Positions 29,347 through 31,912 of a stretch of DNA of 31,912 bases are shown in pieces. Below the pieces are notes generated by a model. That model had not been told where the DNA came from and searched no databases. It worked only from the letters and a program-made list of their open reading frames with translations. The position numbers were made by a program, and so were the translations under genes. The stretch is from a virus (lineage: Duplodnaviria; Caudoviricetes). The first letter of the stretch is position 1. Each line of letters opens with the position of its first letter. The DNA lies in the IMG/VR virus record IMGVR_UViG_3300012347_000581, positions 1 through 31,912 of that record; one strand, 5' to 3'.

Positions 29347-30138
29347 GCAGCGGGGCCGAAGGCGAAGGTATTAGACTCTCCGTCCTGCCAACCTGCATCT
29401 GCCAATCTGCCTACACCTTCACCGTCTCCTATACCTACATCGCCTCCTGCACCTACTACGTCTTCTACACCTACTACGTCTTCTACACCTACACCTAGTT
29501 CTGTGTCTTCTACACCGCCTGTGTCACTACTATCGCCACCGCCGCCTGCATCGCTGTCTGCTCCACTACCGTCCGCCCAACCAACCAACCCCGCAGCGGG
29601 GCCGAAGGAGATTGTGGCTCCTGTCTGTGTCCTCCTCGCACCAATCGCTTCCTACTATCAACCAACACCACCTGTCTAGTCTAAACAGTCAAACCAATCT
29701 GCCAATCGCTAATATAGAGCAGCGGGGCCGAATGCGGCTGTGGCTGGTAGATTGTGGCACCTGTCACCGTCCAGGTCTGTCGCATAACCTGTCACACCAA
29801 TGTCTCCTAGTTAACCTGCGTCCGCCAGGCACGTCGCAGCGGGGCCGAAGGAGAAGGAGACAGGTAGATTGTGGCAGGTAGATGGTAACAGGCGAGGTTG
29901 GAGAATAGGCGACCAGAGCGAGGCGAGGTTGGAGAATGATTGCCCTCCACCGCCTCCGAGTCCTGGTTGCCTGCCTTCAGATCATTCTCCGATTCGGCCG
30001 GCACGTCGCAGCGGGGCCTTTGCAAATGCTTGCAAATGCTTGCATATGCTTGCATTACAAAAAGTTACACTTTGTTACACACTGTCGTCGCTCTGCTAAC
30101 CAGTCGTCTGTCTTCTCGCGTCGGCCTGCAGCGGGGCC
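29347..30138 (+). repeat. Array of the exact 11-mer GCAGCGGGGCC with strand-polarised spacers
   Basis: Copies at 29347, 29593, 29719, 29836, 30008, 30128 (7th at 31825). Confidence 0.95.
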
Positions 30139-30744
30139 TTTGCATAGTCTTGCAAATGCTTGCAAATGCTTGCATTACATTTTGTTACACTTTGTTACAA
30201 AACATTACAGTACGTTACGTTACACTTTGTTACAATACGCAACACTTTGTTACATTACAATTACATTACAAAAAGTTACAGCGTCTTACACTTTGTTACA
30301 TTACAATTACATTACAAAAAGTTACGTTATGCAACAAAAAGTTACATTACAATTACATTACAAAAAACAACACTTTGTTACAAAACATTACAATATAAAA
30401 TACTTGCAAACGCTTGCAATGTTGTATTTTTGTAACGCCACTTGTCTGCAAGCTTTTGCAAACTGTTGTTAGCTTTTGCAAACAGTGCTAAAACGTGTTT
30501 TAAGCTGTTTTTTATTAAATGTATATGCTACTATGCACTACGCAAAAAACACGCTAAAAACGTGCTTAAAACACGTTTAAAAGCTATTGTGTTTTTGCTT
30601 GCAGTAAAATGCACAATGCAGCATTTGTTTAGTGTTAGTATTTGCAAGCTTTTTGTAAGTTTGCTGTAAGCTAGCAGTGTAATAATACAGTTATGCAAGC
30701 AGTTAAGTAGTTTACTAGTTAGTTGCTTGCTATACGCTACAATA

Positions 30745-30877
30745 CAAAATGCTTGCAAATGCTTGCATTAGTAAAAATAGCAAAAAAGTGTGCTACAATA
30801 GCACTATGTAAGCAGTTTTAATACTATTACAAGCGTATTGCAATATACGTACTAGTACGCTTTTAGCGTACACACTA
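30745..30877 (+). promoter_or_regulatory. Extended -10 promoter plus double-hairpin unit
   Basis: TGCTACAAT 30791-30799; flanks homologous to the 28593-28854 units. Confidence 0.65.
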
Positions 30878-30928
30878 TGTAAGCGTTAAAAGCGTATATT
30901 TTTAAAACTTTAACTTTTTAATAATATT

Positions 30929-31114
30929 ATGCAAAAAAATGCAAAAACTGTTGTGCATACAAGTGCTAACAAAAACTTTAGTGTGTTATTAGTTAATAAT
31001 ACAGTAGTATTAACTAACATTAACATTGTAATGTTTAGTAACACGTATAGTACACGTAAAGCAGCACGTGCAATGTTTACAGCTTTTAAGTATTACACAC
31101 TTAAAATTAAGTAA
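30929..31114 (+). CDS. Basic 61-aa protein with no D, E, G, P or W
   Basis: Same TTTAACTTT...ATATTATG leader and downstream GCAA hairpin as the 110-aa genes. Confidence 0.65.
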   Translation: MQKNAKTVVHTSANKNFSVLLVNNTVVLTNINIVMFSNTYSTRKAARAMFTAFKYYTLKIK

Positions 31115-31143
31115 CATAACGTAATGTAAGTAAGTAACGTAAT

Positions 31144-31173
31144 GTAACATACACACGCAAGTGTGTATGTTAC
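31144..31173 (+). terminator. GCAA-loop hairpin (weak terminator or processing stem)
   Basis: GTAACATACACAC-GCAA-GTGTGTATGTTAC; no U tract. Confidence 0.55.
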
Positions 31174-31212
31174 TATTACACAATGTAGCAATTTTAACTT
31201 TAAAGTAATATT

Positions 31213-31545
31213 ATGTCAAATACAAATAACGCGTTCGCCCATGTTTTCGCCCAATTGTCCAACACTAGCAATGCAGTTGGTAGTACGTCCAACAAGAAGT
31301 ACACGGTTGCTGGTATTAGCACACTGCCTGGTGGCGGCGAGACGAAGGTGCGCTTGGCGAACAACTTGAAGGATCGCATTGGTATCTTGAGGAGGAACGG
31401 ACACACGAACATTATGCTTATGCAATTGGAGAGCGCGATGACGGAGAGCGAGATTGCAGCGTACTTGTTGACTGTGGACTTTGGCAGCGATGAGTTTAAT
31501 GCGGTTGTGAAGGCTAATGCTGTTAAGTTGGGCGTTAGCAAGTAA
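31213..31545 (+). CDS. Hypothetical 110-aa protein, paralog 2
   Basis: Paralog of 28906-29238. Confidence 0.9.
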   Translation: MSNTNNAFAHVFAQLSNTSNAVGSTSNKKYTVAGISTLPGGGETKVRLANNLKDRIGILRRNGHTNIMLMQLESAMTESEIAAYLLTVDFGSDEFNAVVKANAVKLGVSK

Positions 31546-31557
31546 TGTAACGTAATG

Positions 31558-31590
31558 TAACATACACACGCAAGTGTGTATGTTATTATT
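31558..31590 (+). terminator. GCAA-loop hairpin/terminator
   Basis: TAACATACACAC-GCAA-GTGTGTATGTTA then TTATT. Confidence 0.6.
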
Positions 31591-31620
31591 ACAATTTTTA
31601 ACAATTAATTGGAGAATGAT

Positions 31621-31743
31621 ATGGAAGAGTTCGGATTTGAGATTGTGCTGTGCACGGTGGCTTTTGTGTTAAGTTGGGCGGCAGCTGAGATGACGGTGAT
31701 GATTGCAACACACGAGGCGGAACAGCGGGGTGGTGAAGAGTAA
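31621..31743 (+). CDS. Small (40-aa) putative membrane protein, not in the ORF track
   Basis: GGAG RBS at 31611; MEEFGFEIVLCTVAFVLSWAAAEMTVMIATHEAEQRGGEE; terminator follows. Confidence 0.6.
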   Translation: MEEFGFEIVLCTVAFVLSWAAAEMTVMIATHEAEQRGGEE

Positions 31744-31747
31744 GAGG

Positions 31748-31767
31748 AGGGGGCGTGAGCCCCTTTT
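31748..31767 (+). terminator. Intrinsic terminator
   Basis: GGGGC-GTGA-GCCCC-TTTT. Confidence 0.7.
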
Positions 31768-31912
31768 CTGTTGGCTGGAAGAGGGGTGGTGTGCCCTCCA
31801 CACGTTCGGCCGAGCTTGTACTGCGCAGCGGGGCCGGTGGAGAAGGAGACAGAATTCTCTAACCGCCTCCACCGCCTCCACCGCCTCCACCACTGTCACT
31901 TCCGCTAGTGTT

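Larger units (their letters stand above)
30150..31215. other. GA/GG/TC/CC-free desert B (duplicate of module A)
   Basis: Only 3 such dinucleotides found in 1066 bp (30284, 30438, 30445). Confidence 0.95.

Noticed and set aside
29154-29588. 144-aa Gly/Asp/Glu-rich minus-strand ORF
   Set aside because: Composition follows from the GR-only strand; non-ATG start; overlaps a real gene and terminator. Not fully excluded
29347-30138. CRISPR array interpretation of the GCAGCGGGGCC repeats
   Set aside because: Repeat only 11 bp, spacers 106-235 bp and compositionally patterned, no cas genes in the window
29936-30758. Overlapping ORFs across the start of desert B
   Set aside because: Same repeat-translation artefact; no leader or terminator context
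27874-31215. APOBEC-like deamination or UV damage as the cause of YC loss
   Set aside because: Paralog differences include many transversions and multi-base codon swaps, and adjacent tracts are enriched for YC
28906-31545. Diversity-generating retroelement template/variable repeat pair
   Set aside because: Differences are not adenine-specific, mostly synonymous, and no reverse transcriptase is seen
1-31912. tRNA, rRNA, integrase or transposase genes; alternative genetic code
   Set aside because: None recognised; genes tile fully in the standard code and TAA, TAG and TGA all end genes

Overview
Window from a large T4-like (myovirus/jumbo-type) dsDNA phage genome. Bases 1-27.3 kb are gene-dense: a recombination/replication core (gp32-like SSB, UvsX, UvsY, UvsW, probable clamp-loader small subunit, a 187-aa miniature DnaE-like protein, primase, DnaB/gp41 helicase), an ~11.5-kb glycan cluster (about nine glycosyltransferase-like genes, a methyltransferase and a WbjB/RmlD-like/WbjD 6-deoxy-HexNAc pathway), and probable virion genes, with sigma70 and T4-late-like promoters placed for near-leaderless transcripts. 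The last 4.6 kb (27.3-31.9 kb) is the unusual part: it is organised by a dinucleotide rule. Two ~1.1-kb stretches almost completely exclude GA/GG/TC/CC, including inside coding sequence. Between and after them, tracts carry GR on only one strand and switch polarity at an exact 11-mer, GCAGCGGGGCC (7 copies). The two deserts are duplicated modules containing helically phased repeats, a segment present in opposite orientations, tandem promoter plus covarying-hairpin units, and paralogous 110-aa genes recoded to fit the local rule. All functional calls come from motif recognition by eye; no searches were run.
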